Origin: the human T2T-CHM13v2.0 reference genome, Homo sapiens
Length of the DNA: 64,000 nt
Reading direction: 5' to 3' (one strand)
NCBI RefSeq assembly: GCF_009914755.1
Contig: NC_060929.1
In this document: in pieces, positions 12,321 to 23,934 of the stretch
How positions within the stretch are numbered: the stretch's first letter is position 1
Layout of the letters: each line of letters starts with the position of its first letter
The notes under the pieces: generated by a model
The model's input: only the letters and a program-made list of their open reading frames with translations
The model's database searches: none
What the model was told of the DNA's origin: nothing
Translations under genes and position numbers: made by a program

Positions 12321-14625
12321 TTATATATCTAGATCTTCACAATAAAATTAGAAGGTAGTAACTATTATTACCCTCATGTGAAGACAAAAACTGCTCAGAG
12401 GGGTTAAATTATTTATTCAAGGGTACATAGAAAACTGTAGAGTTGGGACTTAAACTCTATAGCCCATTTTTCACTACATGACACTTTCATTCAAATAACT
12501 GAAATTTAAGAACCATATAGGTTAAATTAATTAATTGATGTTATATGCAAGCAAAAGAAAGTTGCCATAGTTCATATTTTTGGAATTTCATTTAGATTTC
12601 TTGAGCCCAATAAAGATACAAAGTCCTAAAATGCTTATAGGAATAAATAAAAGTTACAGAATTAGCCAGTATAGTAGCTGAAATGAATGTACGTGAACAA
12701 TTGCACTCATTTCATATCACAATATAATTTTCTCACTGAAGCAAAAATGAATTTTCCCCTTTGGTGGAGCTTCATCTCTGCCTTACTGTGGAGTATGACA
12801 TGAATTTTTATATCTTTCAAAGCTATGTTGAAGACAATATATTGAATAATGACATTTTTTGTTGTGAAAAATCTACTCTTTCCTTTTTATTTCTAATGGC
12901 CACATTCAGAACATTATTCTTAAACTTACTCTGAATTATTTGTACTCTCTCTAGTCTTCATTTTAGGAGTTAAAAAATGTTAGTGAAACCGTGCACAATA
13001 AGGATAAAGGTGACTCCAGCGTGCTTGCACTAGAGTTAGATAGTGCTGGTGAAATATCTCATGCTGTTATTGTCTCATGAAAACTAATAGCCCTGAGAAA
13101 TTTAATTTAGAAAGCTGCACATTTTGAGTAATATATAGATTACTTGACATGTGGGTTATTATTCAATTGAGAGATTTTATATGAAAATGTCAAATTAAAT
13201 GCTACTGGCAGTTGCTAAAGATTGTACTTTTTAATTATTCTATTTTTCACCTAATGTCTCTTCTTCTTTTGTCATTGACACTTTAGATTACTGACAGAAC
13301 ATTCCATTAGCTTAAATGTGTATTATCATTCCAAGTGATACAGGCACATAGTAGGCACTCAATAAACACTTGTTATATAAATGACCTCAATTTACCATGC
13401 TCACTATGTAGGTTACTACTGAAATTATTTTGGCTTCTACTTCTTTTTCAAGTATTCAAGAGATTTTACTGAGCTACACAGCCTCAATGTGACTAATGAA
13501 ATTTCTAAGCATGTTAAAATTGGTGCGATTGAGTATCTTGGATCTGAAACGAAGGAGTTGTTGATTGAGTATGCTTATGTCTCCTCTGACTGAGGCCAGA
13601 TGTAAAAAAATAGACTCTCTTAACATGGTTTAAAGTTTCTCATTGAAGATACTTTGAATTGAACATGCAGGCACATAATAATGTGTTTTATGTACTTAAC
13701 CAAGTATTTATGTCCGTGTTTTAAGTTTTGAGTCTTCAGTTTTCATAAATAAGTGGATATGTACAACATTCTTCAGGTTTCTACTTTGTTTATATGATGC
13801 AGTTCTTTATACATATATAAATATCCCAGTTTGTTTCAGTGGGATTTCTCAAGTATCCATTTTGCTTTTGAAATAATTAGTCACGATCATATTTGAATGC
13901 ATTTTAGATATTAATAATGTATGCCACGATTTTGAAGATATTGCTGATTAAGTTAGATCTTTTGTTTTTGTATGAAAGATCTCAAAAACTAACTTTTGTG
14001 TGTCTTTGATGATGAAGGTGTGAACTGTGACTAGGCAAACCAGTGACGAAGGCTTAGGGAACAGAAACCACATCATACCTCATTAAGTCATTGTTGTCAT
14101 AGAGACAAAGCTATATTTACCCAGACCTTTTACAGTGTAAGTGGTCAGCAGAAACTGGAGAGATTTGCAGAGACACAGAGGAAAAGCAAAATTATATACT
14201 TTTGCCAACCATACTCTGATTACTCAACATATTTTGGGAACTGCTGGTTTTGAAACTTCTTCCAGTCCTTGTGGCTAGAAGTTGGAAGATGGTTACTTAT
14301 TAAAGGTGAATTTGTTTGGCGACAACAAAATCATTTGGAAGCAAATATATGGAATAAAATAAGTATAATTTTTTTTCCTTTGATTTAAACCTATTTGGGA
14401 CTAGTAAGTAATTAGTTACTTGTCTGGCTCTGAAGGCAGTTCAAAAGTTCAAAGGCAGTTCCATTGACAGAATTACAGCATTGTTGGAATAAATATTGGT
14501 TGAATTTGCTGAATAATCAGGTAACCTCCCTAGGTGACTGTTTTGAGGAACAGTGGTCTTTTGAATATTTAAGACCTGATATGCTTGTTTTAAAAACATG
14601 TAGTCCCACCAGGCCTAGCATGCCA

Positions 14626-14639
14626 CCAGCAGGGGGTGC
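14626..14639 (+). promoter_or_regulatory. Candidate CTCF site
   Basis: CCAGCAGGGGGTGC matches CCASYAGRKGGCRS at 13/14 positions. Confidence 0.5.
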
Positions 14640-15130
14640 CAAACACAGAACTTCAATAGGTGCTAAAGAGACTGCAGTGGCCCTTGAGATAGCCGTTATG
14701 GGCCTAGAAGAAGCAGATATTTTAACAATGGTATTATAATTGCTTGTTGACCTTCCTCAGTTTTTTTAAGGGGGTTAGATTTTGGAAGTTGGAGACCATG
14801 GTTTGGAGAGGGTATTCATGGAGGTCACGACTGTCTAAGCCATCTCAACCAGTTGCATCATTGTGGATGTATAACAGACTTGCACTGTTATATTACCAAT
14901 TTTTCCATTGGTTTCCTCATTTGAAGAGTCTACTTTTCAAACAAAGCTCTGGTTACAACAATCAAAAGCAAGCAAGTTGGTTTAGAAAGTTGGGGTGAGA
15001 AGAAAATAGTGCTTATTCTGAAGAAAAAGAAATAAAGCTTTGCCAGGCCTCATTGGGATTGCAGCTAAAGGACTCCACTGAGGTAAATACTTTCCTGGCC
15101 TCTTGTCTCTGCCCTTCCCTATATAGCCAC

Positions 15131-15254
15131 ATTTTTGTAAAGATGGAGTCTCACTTTGTTGCCCAGGCTGGTCTCAAACTCCTGGCTTCAAATAATCCTC
15201 CCACCTGGGTCTCCCAAAGTGCTGAGATTACAGGCGTGAGCCACTGTGCCCAGC
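15131..15254 (-). mobile_element. FLAM / Alu left monomer
   Basis: Monomeric Alu: gttgcccaggctggtctcaaactcctggc...cccaaagtgctgagattacaggcgtgagccac. Confidence 0.88.
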
Positions 15255-15270
15255 TGTTGTTGTTGTTTAA

Positions 15271-15390
15271 GGTGATGAAAATGTTCTAAAATTGATTGAG
15301 GTGATGATTGCACAACTCTACGAATATAACTGAATTGTACACTTCACATGGGTGAATTGTATGTACGTGAATTATATCTTGATAAAGTTA
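15271..15390 (+). mobile_element. L1M extreme 3' end fragment
   Basis: ggtgatgaaaatgttctaaaattgat...gggtgaattgtatgtacgtgaattatatcttgataaag. Confidence 0.75.
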
Positions 15391-15683
15391 TGTGTGTTTT
15401 TTTTTAGTCATTGGCTTTAAGTGACGAATGTTAGTGATATGCATGTAGTGCTAGTGATCCCCTACCCAGCCCTGGTGGTCTTTCCACTGGTTGGCACCTC
15501 TCCCTGGAACGCTGTGCCTCCCAGTGTTTGCACACAAGTTACTTTCTCACTAAAGTCTAAAATTGCAAACCCACCTCTGGCTGGCACTTCTTAGCCTGCT
15601 TTACTTTTCGTTTTCACCATAGTATGTATCACCTCCTAAGATAATATACAGTTTACTTGTTTATTGTGTTTATTGTTTATTTT

Positions 15684-15718
15684 CACACACACACACGCAC
15701 ACACACACACACACACAC
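15684..15718. repeat. Interrupted (CA)n microsatellite inside an L2 3' fragment (~15600-15820)
   Basis: CA run with one CG interruption; downstream gcctggcatatagtaggtgcccaa is L2-like. Confidence 0.9.
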
Positions 15719-16929
15719 CCCAAGGCATAATGTAACCTCCATGAAAACAAGGATGATTGTTTTGCTCACTGATGTATCACAAAGGCTTGGAACAGATGCC
15801 TGGCATATAGTAGGTGCCCAATTATATAAAACATCTACTTCTAAAATTAACTTCTATCCAAACCATTTACTCCATACTTACATTGTTGCCTGAAATACTT
15901 TAAGGAATAAAATTAAAATCATTACTGATTACCAGATATGAAACCCAGCATTCTTCTCTAGGTCTGAAAAGCTTTATGGTAATAGAAATAAAGTTAAGGA
16001 AGGCATTTTTTCATCATTTATCATTTGCTCAGTAAATATTTGTAAAGCATTTGCAGTGCCTCTGCCCTCAGAGGCAGCGTGGACCAGCAGGAAGAGCATT
16101 GGTGAGTCCTGAGATCTGGATTCAGACTTCAGTTCAGTCATGAACCGGCTGCATACTTTTGGCAGATACATATTTCGTAAGACCTTGGCTGCCCTATTTA
16201 TAAAATTAGTGGTTATACTAGCTCTAACATTTTATTATCCTACTACAGGTATTTGTTTACTTCTAACTTTGACGTGTAAAAATTATTTTAAAAGCATGTC
16301 GTTCTGTAATTTGATTAGTTTACTATTTGACACTAAAGTTCTTAAGATCTTATTTGCCTCTTCCCACACCAATACACACACACACGCATGCGCACACAGA
16401 CACACGCACACACATACACATATGCATGCATGGCATTTGCATATTTCAAAGATGCATAGTGCTTAAGAGCAGAGTTTGGCCCTACTCTGTAAATGTGTTC
16501 AGAAAACAATATAACACAGATACTGAAGGCAGCTTGTTTTTAACTTGTAGCTAAACATGACATTCAAATGTTAATTGGATGAATAAATCTTGTTCATTTT
16601 ACAGACATGGAAATGTCAATGGAATAAAACTATTTATCACAAGATAATGGTCTCCTGCCGCTAGATAAATGCCAAGATGAAGATACTTATTGAAAATGTA
16701 TCAAAATATTCTATTGCTATTTATTGAAAATAAAGGTTGAGGAAAAGTTCAACTTTTTAGGTCAAACATGAGAAATGCCCTGCTTATAATATTAGTATGG
16801 TACTATATCAAAGATGATATGCACGGTATAGCAACATGGGAAAATTCTAAGAAATAACAGTCTAGAAATGAATCTTTTAGGTTTGAGAATTACTGGAATA
16901 ATTGTGTGAGGGCTGGGAGGAGATTCCTG

Positions 16930-17150
16930 ATATTTATTGAGCTCTTATTGTGTGCCTAACACAGTCCTGGGTGCATTCACTAATGTAAGCCTCAAAAGAA
17001 CAATACCCAGAAAGGATCATTATTCTCATTTTGCAGGTAAAGTTAAAAGCAAAATAATTTGCACTCACATGGAGAGTAAGTGCCAACACCAGGATTTAAA
17101 ACTTAGTCCAGATTCCAAATCTAGTGCTTTTTCCCCCAACATCATACATT
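16930..17150 (-). mobile_element. MIR
   Basis: atttattgagctcttattgtgtgcc...attattctcattttgcag..., the antisense MIR pattern. Confidence 0.65.
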
Positions 17151-18266
17151 TCTACTTATACTTGAAAGTCTTAATACAGTGATTTTTGGAGCTCTTGAGT
17201 AGATTATTTTCCTTATGCTTTGTTGCCCTTGATGACCAAATACTTCTTTGGTCTAAATATTCAGTATATTGCTATGTGAAATATCTTTAAGTGATATCAT
17301 CCATTAGCCCAAAAGAGCACGCCCATAAGTCTTGAGGGCCTTATAGCTCTGAATGGATCAAGTTATATTGGATTCTAGCATTAAGACACCTTCTTTCCAG
17401 TAGTGTATGGTTTGAAATCTTTAGGTGACTTCTTCTTTCTGCTTTCTTTTCAGAACTTAGATACCTATTTTTCCACTTTACTTACCTTGTGTATAATGTA
17501 AGTGCCATAGTGGTCTTTGTAAAATACATTGTTTGGGTGGATACAGAGGGATAATTGAAACAACTTAAAGAAAAAGAGCATTATTGTTCAATAAAGCTTT
17601 TACTGCCCTCTTCATGCCAACCCCGTTCTCTTGTCCTTCCCCACCCCAAGAGTCCCTTTCTCCACCTGCCATAGACACCAAGTGTTAATATCTCTCTTCC
17701 TTGGACCATCAGTGAGCTTCAGTCTTCTTCAGGCAGAGACCACTCTACTGTAATATACTTGTCATAGTTTCCTCAGTAGATGTTAGGCTCCTTGTTAGGA
17801 GAAATTGCGTGTTTTTCTTCTCTCTATTCTCCATGGTACCTGATGGAGTGATTTGGACATTATAGATACTCCATGAGAATGTGAAAGATGCATGGGTATG
17901 GCTTCTTTGTTTTAAGGACTAGAGTAAGTATGAAGGATTCAGAGTATTCATGGTGCACCTTTATGAATATGGGAGTCTGTTGGTTCCTTTGCCTGTGCTT
18001 GCATCTGTCAGTTCTCTCTAAAACACATTTGGATTTTATTTATTTTGTAAAATTCCTAGAGGCAATGAATGAGCAGACAATTTAAATGCTAGATGGATAC
18101 AAAGCTGAGAAGCTTGAATGTTTAAATTTCCCTCAGGAAGAAAATAGTAATTCATATAGCACTCTCTTGATATATAAATAGCATGTGCACTGAAGATCTT
18201 TCTAAAAGTCATGATATTCTTCCAGGAGTTTTAGATTGACACCAAGCACCATTGTGTCACATGAAT

Positions 18267-18273
18267 TACTAAC
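18267..18273 (+). promoter_or_regulatory. Splice branch point TACTAAC for the 98-nt exon
   Basis: Perfect U2-complementary TACTAAC, with the branch A at 18272, 28 nt upstream of the exon start. Confidence 0.75.
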
Positions 18274-18299
18274 TCAGTCTTTACCATGCACTTTCACAG

Positions 18300-18397
18300 A
18301 TGGGAGACCTTTAACTCTGAAGGACATATGGGAAGGAGTTCATGAGTGCTATAAGATGCGACTGCTACAGGGACCATGGGACACTATTACGCAACAG
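18300..18397 (+). CDS. ATG10: ATG10 internal coding exon (98 nt; phase 1 to phase 0), approx. residues D119-Q151
   Basis: Acceptor ctttcacAG at 18298-18299; donor CAG|GTTGGA at 18398. The last G of the previous exon plus AT gives Asp, then GRPLTLKDIWEGVHECYKMRLLQGPWDTITQQ, continuing the ATG10 frame. Confidence 0.96.
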
Positions 18398-18489
18398 GTT
18401 GGAGAGTATTGTCATTTTATTGTATGCATGTTATTGTATTCTTTCCCGCTGCTCATCTTTTCTGCTAGTTCCCTCTCCAACTCTTTTCC

Positions 18490-19175
18490 CTATTTCACTT
18501 GTCTATATCTTTACATATTTCACCTCAAAGACAGTTTCCTTAAAAAAAAACCTTCCCAGACCCAGTCTTGGTTTAGCCACCCTATTATAAGCTCTCAGAG
18601 TGCCCTATAATTATCCTTTAGAATGCTTATTCCAATTTTAAATTACATATTAGGATGATTTAAAAAAATTGATGTCTGTCTTCTCCACTATACAGATACT
18701 CCTTGACTTACAATGGGAATACATCCTGATAAACCCATCGTAAGTTGAAAATATCTGAAGTAGAAAATGCATTTCATACACCTAATCTACTAAACATGAA
18801 AGCTTAGCCTAACCTACCTTAAATGTGCTCGGGACACTTACATTAGCCTACAGTTGGACAAAATCATCTAACACAAAGCCTATTTTATAATAAAATATTG
18901 AATAGCTTCATGCAATTTATTGAATACTTGACTGAAAGTGAAAAACAGAATGGTTGTATAGGTATCAAAATATGGTTTCTCTTGAAGATGTATCACTTTT
19001 GCACCATGATAAAGTCTAAAAATTGTTAAGCTGGACCATCCTAAGTCTGGGACTGTCTGTACTGTGAGCTCTCATATAGGCAGACCATGTCTCTTTTATT
19101 CTTCATTGTACATGCAGCACCAAAACAGTACTTATCATGTAGTATGTGCTCAATAAAAATGTATTAAGCAAATGA
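18490..19175 (+). mobile_element. L2 3' end, split by MER47A
   Basis: tgtctgtcttctccacta joins ctgtgagctc...gtgctcaataaaaatgt once the insertion is removed. Confidence 0.65.
18693..19059 (+). mobile_element. MER47A (TcMar-Tigger non-autonomous DNA transposon), full length
   Basis: Termini CAGATACTCCTTGACTTAC ... CTAAGTCTGGGACTGTCTG are imperfect inverted repeats; TA duplications at 18691-18692 and 19060-19061; 367 bp; internal text matches recalled MER47A consensus. Confidence 0.85.
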
Positions 19176-22100
19176 AAATAGAAACTAAGTTGGCTTATAT
19201 ATTAAGAAATAGATGATTTGGCTTATGTAATCTATACTGTTTTACAGTTTTACTCATAAATACATTTGCAAAAAAGAAGAGCTTTTGATTAATAATATGG
19301 TTGCAATAGTGATTTGCAAAAGTAGAGAAAATAGATCTGCAAAAGTAGATATAAAAAGTAGATTTGCAAAAGTAAAGGAAATAGATCTGTCAATCATGTA
19401 AGTCATTACTGCCTTGCTAAAATCAGTAGTTATTTTGGAAATTTAAAACTACTCATCACCTTGCAACCAATCATCATCTCCTTAAAAATAATTTTTACTT
19501 ATATCAAAAATATTATTTTTTCCAAGCTTCTGTTCAGCTAATGAAAGCTTCCTTTAAAAATGAGTTTATCAGTTATTAGAATTTTTATGCCCTCTTATGT
19601 GTTTGATCATAATGACAGTTTACCTCCCAATCAACATAAGAATCCTTAGCATCTTGTAAGTGGTTCTTTAACAATGACCATTTTCTAGGTTTTAATTGAG
19701 GACAAAACTAGCTTTAGGTATTTGTATCTTTCACACTGCCCCTCAAATTAATCTTTTCTCTTCCCACTGTCACCCTCCTAGATCAAGCCCTCTGACCTCA
19801 CGTGGAACAATTAGTAAAGCCTCTTACCTGTGGTTTTCTGCTCCTTTCCTCTCTGCCCCTTACCTGTAGTCATATCTTTTTAACCACTGCTGTGCTTACT
19901 TACCTGTGCTCAAACCTGCAATAGTTCTCCGAGGGCCTATGGGATGTGGTCTAAATGCTTTGCCTGGGCATCAGAGGTTGCCACTCCCTGGTTCCAACCT
20001 GCTCTTCTAGGTTTATCTTCTACTCCTCTGCTCTATACAGCTCTTGCCAAATATGGTTATTCATCTCTCTATACTCCTCTTGTGCAGTTTGTTCTTGTGA
20101 TCTTTTCTAGATCTAATGCCTTCCCTCATTTTTCTGTATGCATTACCTGTTACTACCTGTCCTCTCATACATTCCCTTCTCTGAAACCACTTCAACTCAC
20201 AAAAATTGCCCCTCTGAAATCCAAATCTGTAGACCAGGCATTGGTGGTGCTGTGAAGAAGGATAATGTGAAATATGAGAAAACCAACCCTAAAGATTTGG
20301 CAAGAACATTTTATTTTATACAAACTATTTTGGATTAACCTTTAAGTATGTCAAGATGAGTGCTAAGAGTTCCAGCTTCTAGTGTCTTGTCAGTGGCCAC
20401 AAACTGTACAAAAATTTGTATTGTAGAGTCCTTATCCACAAGACCCAGAAAATGTTTGGTTGTAAGAGTCAAGAAAGATGGCAAAAGATAGAGGAAAAAT
20501 ATATTCAAAAATATATGTGTATTTAACTTTACACCCATTTATCAACTCTTTCTCAATTCCATTATACTCTTGAATCCAGTTCTTACCATTTTCCTTTTCT
20601 GCCTCTAGCAGATAATTAATCTCCTTAATGCAGGCCTGTATATAGCACAATTTCTAGTGGTCTGTGATATTTTATATTTTAATTCCACGTGTCTTTGTTC
20701 TGACCCATGACATAAGAACAAGATTTTGATACAATGTTGACATAGATTTCTTTTTATTGATAGAACTCTTACATTGTTAAACTCACCACTGAACCAATCT
20801 GTATATAGATTATTTTTAATAGAATTGACGAATGTCTTTCATTTTATAGTTATTTCACTGTCACACAGCCTATTAGTGTACCATCTTTTTCCTCCCTATC
20901 GTAGTACGGTATTACAGATCAAATCCTATCACAACAAGCATTACTATTTCTAACACTAAGGCTGGGGCTCACTTAATAGGAGGGATATTTGATATAACCA
21001 CACTACAACACAACTATAAAACTTAGGTGGTCCTTTGGAATTGATCTTATTGGGATTTGATCTGTGAACAGATATCCTACTTCTAATAACAATGTTTATT
21101 TAAGCTTTAAAATTGCTCATCACAGTGCGTGTCGAGGCATTACAGACCAAGTAGGGGAAACTCATTTGCAGCCATTGCACTACTTGGCATTTGAAAATCA
21201 TCATGAATATTTCCTTTGGAGATCTTGGCTTTTAATCCCAGATTGGTTAATGGGTTGGTATTTATATCCTCTTCTTTGCTTGAGATCTTTGGGAGAATGG
21301 GTCTTCATTTTTTAGTACCACATACAAAAGAAAACAAGGTGTCCTCAGTGAGATGGAGGGGGAGAAGATGATACAGCACTAGGGAAGAATGGGCTGATAG
21401 AATATTGGTGGTGTTGAATAGTAGACACCGTTTTGCAGAATTATACTAAAGAATCATTAGCTTGCGGACTGAACATGATAATAATATGCTGTCCTCCAGA
21501 GTGGCTTAAAAACAAATGCAGCCTTTGCATAATATAAAATGCATTTCACTTCATTTTCAGGCCTGATTGTGCTCATATAGTTTGTTGCTCTTCATCTTTA
21601 GTAATCACACTTCTGTTCTTTCAGCATTTGTCTTGATGATAAGGACCTATTCATGTCAGATGTAAACCCCCTCTTTTGAAGATAAGCCACTCATAAATTT
21701 CATACATTTGATTATGGTGATTACTTACCTGCTTTTGCCCAACATTACAGACTACCTATTATATCAACCCTGTAGCCTAATAAAAAAACTTCTGAAAGAA
21801 AGTTAACAGGTACTTAGGTTGGATCTGCCTTAATTGTTATAGTGAGTGTTACAATAATGATCACTGGAAGGTGTTGGCTCTATGTTTTAAGAAAGGGATT
21901 CCTGTGATCTTGGCATGGCCTAAAGTCACAAAATAAAAATGGGTACCTTCAATTTCACTTTAAGATATGTGTGTTTATGTGCAGGGTGTATAGTGGTCAG
22001 ATAAGTAATTTTTTCTTAGTGGATTCTTTTTTTGAACTTTATATTATGGAAAATTTTAAACACATACAAAAGTAGAGATAATTGTGTAATGTGCTTATTA

Positions 22101-22224
22101 GCTGATGAAGAGTTTGGTTTTTTCCATATCTCATACAGTTAGGAACTTTTTTGAAGCAATTCCTAGCATCATTTTATTTCATCCCTACATATTTAAGTAA
22201 ATATTTTTAAAAGATAAGAGTTCT

Positions 22225-22920
22225 ACATGAATGTTCGTATCAGTTTTATTTATAATAGCTCAAAATGGAAAAAAACCCAGGTGTCTTCAGTGGGTAGATG
22301 GTTAAACAGAGAGTAGCATACCATTACCATGGAATACTACTTAGCAATAAAAAGGGACCAATTATTGATATACTCAGCAACCCGGATGAATCTTCAAAGA
22401 ATTATGCTGAGTGCAAAAAGGCAATCCCAGAAGTTGCAGAGTGTTTGATTCCATTTCTATAACATTTTTGAAATGACAAAATCATGGACTGAAGAACAGA
22501 TCTGTGGTTGCCAGGTGATAGGGAGTGTGAATGGGAGGGAAATGGCTGTGGCTATTAAAGGCAACGTGAGGGAACCTTATGGCAGTGGAAATGTTCTGGA
22601 TCTTCACTGAATCAGCGTCAGTATCTTGTTTGTGATATTGTACTATAGTCTTGCAAGATGTTACCATTGGGGGAAACTGGATAAAGGATATGAGATATCC
22701 TTTTGTGTCATTTTTTTAAATTTTTATGTTTAAAGTAGAGATGGGGGTCTTACTATGTTCCCCAGGCTGCTCTTGAACTTCTGGCCTCAAGTGATCCTCC
22801 TGCCTTGGCCTTTCAAAGTGATGGGATTACAGGCATGAATCACTGCACCTGACCTCTTTGTATAATTTCTTACAACTAAACATGAATCTACAACTATCTC
22901 AAAATAGTTAATTAAAAAAG
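22225..22920 (+). mobile_element. L1MC/MD 3' end nested in the opposite-strand L1
   Basis: atggaatactacttagcaataaaaggga...gaattatgctgagtg...gatgttaccattgggggaaactgg...catgaatctacaactatctcaaaata. Confidence 0.75.
22712..22854 (-). mobile_element. FLAM / AluJ monomer
   Basis: agagatgggggtcttactatgttccccaggctg...gggattacaggcatgaatcactgcacctgacc. Confidence 0.88.
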
Positions 22921-23934
22921 GTAAGGACTCAAAAAAAACATAACCACAATTCTATTATCACAGATAAAATTATTAATAATTTCTTAATATCATTAAATAA
23001 GCAATTAATGTTTAAATTTCCCAAGTTCTTTTTTTATAGTTTGTTTATATCAGGATCCAAAATAAGGTTTACACATTAAAATAGTTAACATATCTTAAGA
23101 CTTTTGGAATCTTACAGATTCTCATTCCTCCATCTCTTTTTTTTTCCTGGTAATTTTTTGTTGAAGAAACAGGTTGTTTGTTCTGTAGTGTTTTGCAGTC
23201 TTGATTTTTTTTTTCTAATTGTATTTCTGTGGTGTTTACTATGTTCCTCCCTGTGTTTTTTTATAAACTGGTAGTTAGATCTTGAGGCTTGATCAAATTC
23301 AGGCTCGATTTTTTGGCAAGAATACTTCATGGTTGCTTCTGGGTATGCCGTCGGGGGGACATTATGTCTGGTTATCCCTCTTTTTTGTGATGTTAGCAGC
23401 CATTGATGATTATTGCCTAGACCCATTAATTCATTAGTGATTGCAAGATGGTGATGTTCTAATTCTATCATTCATTATTTATTAGTTGGACTACTTCTAT
23501 AATGACAAAGTTTCTCTCTCCATCTTACTTACCTGAGGTATGCTTTGATTAGGAAGGGCAGGATAAATGCTTGATTCTTTCCCTTTGTGAGCTAGCTTTC
23601 AAGATAATGAGTTGGTTCTCTAGTATCCTCCAAAGGTAACCAAGAACCTTAAAAAATATGTCTTTATGGACTCATAAATGTTTTGTATGTGTCCGTTCAT
23701 AGTAGTGGTTATCTTTATTGATGTTCAGTTTACCTCATCTTTAGCCAGTGGAAGTCTGGCCAAAGACATTGGCTCCTGAGTCATTTTGATACAACCCATG
23801 TGGCTTTGATGGCTTCCTTGTTTAGTGGTATGACAAGTGGTTGCACATGCATGTTGTGCAATTCCTGCCCAGACTTGTTGGAGTCAGCCAAGGAGAACTG
23901 GTTCCTTTGGGAAATGGTAGTGCCTTTATCTAGG

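Larger units (their letters stand above)
22030..23920 (-). mobile_element. L1MC-like 3' region (host of nested insertions)
   Basis: aaacataaccacaat...aataatttcttaatatca...tcaggatccaaaataagg...ggagtcagccaaggagaactggttccttt. Boundaries approximate. Confidence 0.6.
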
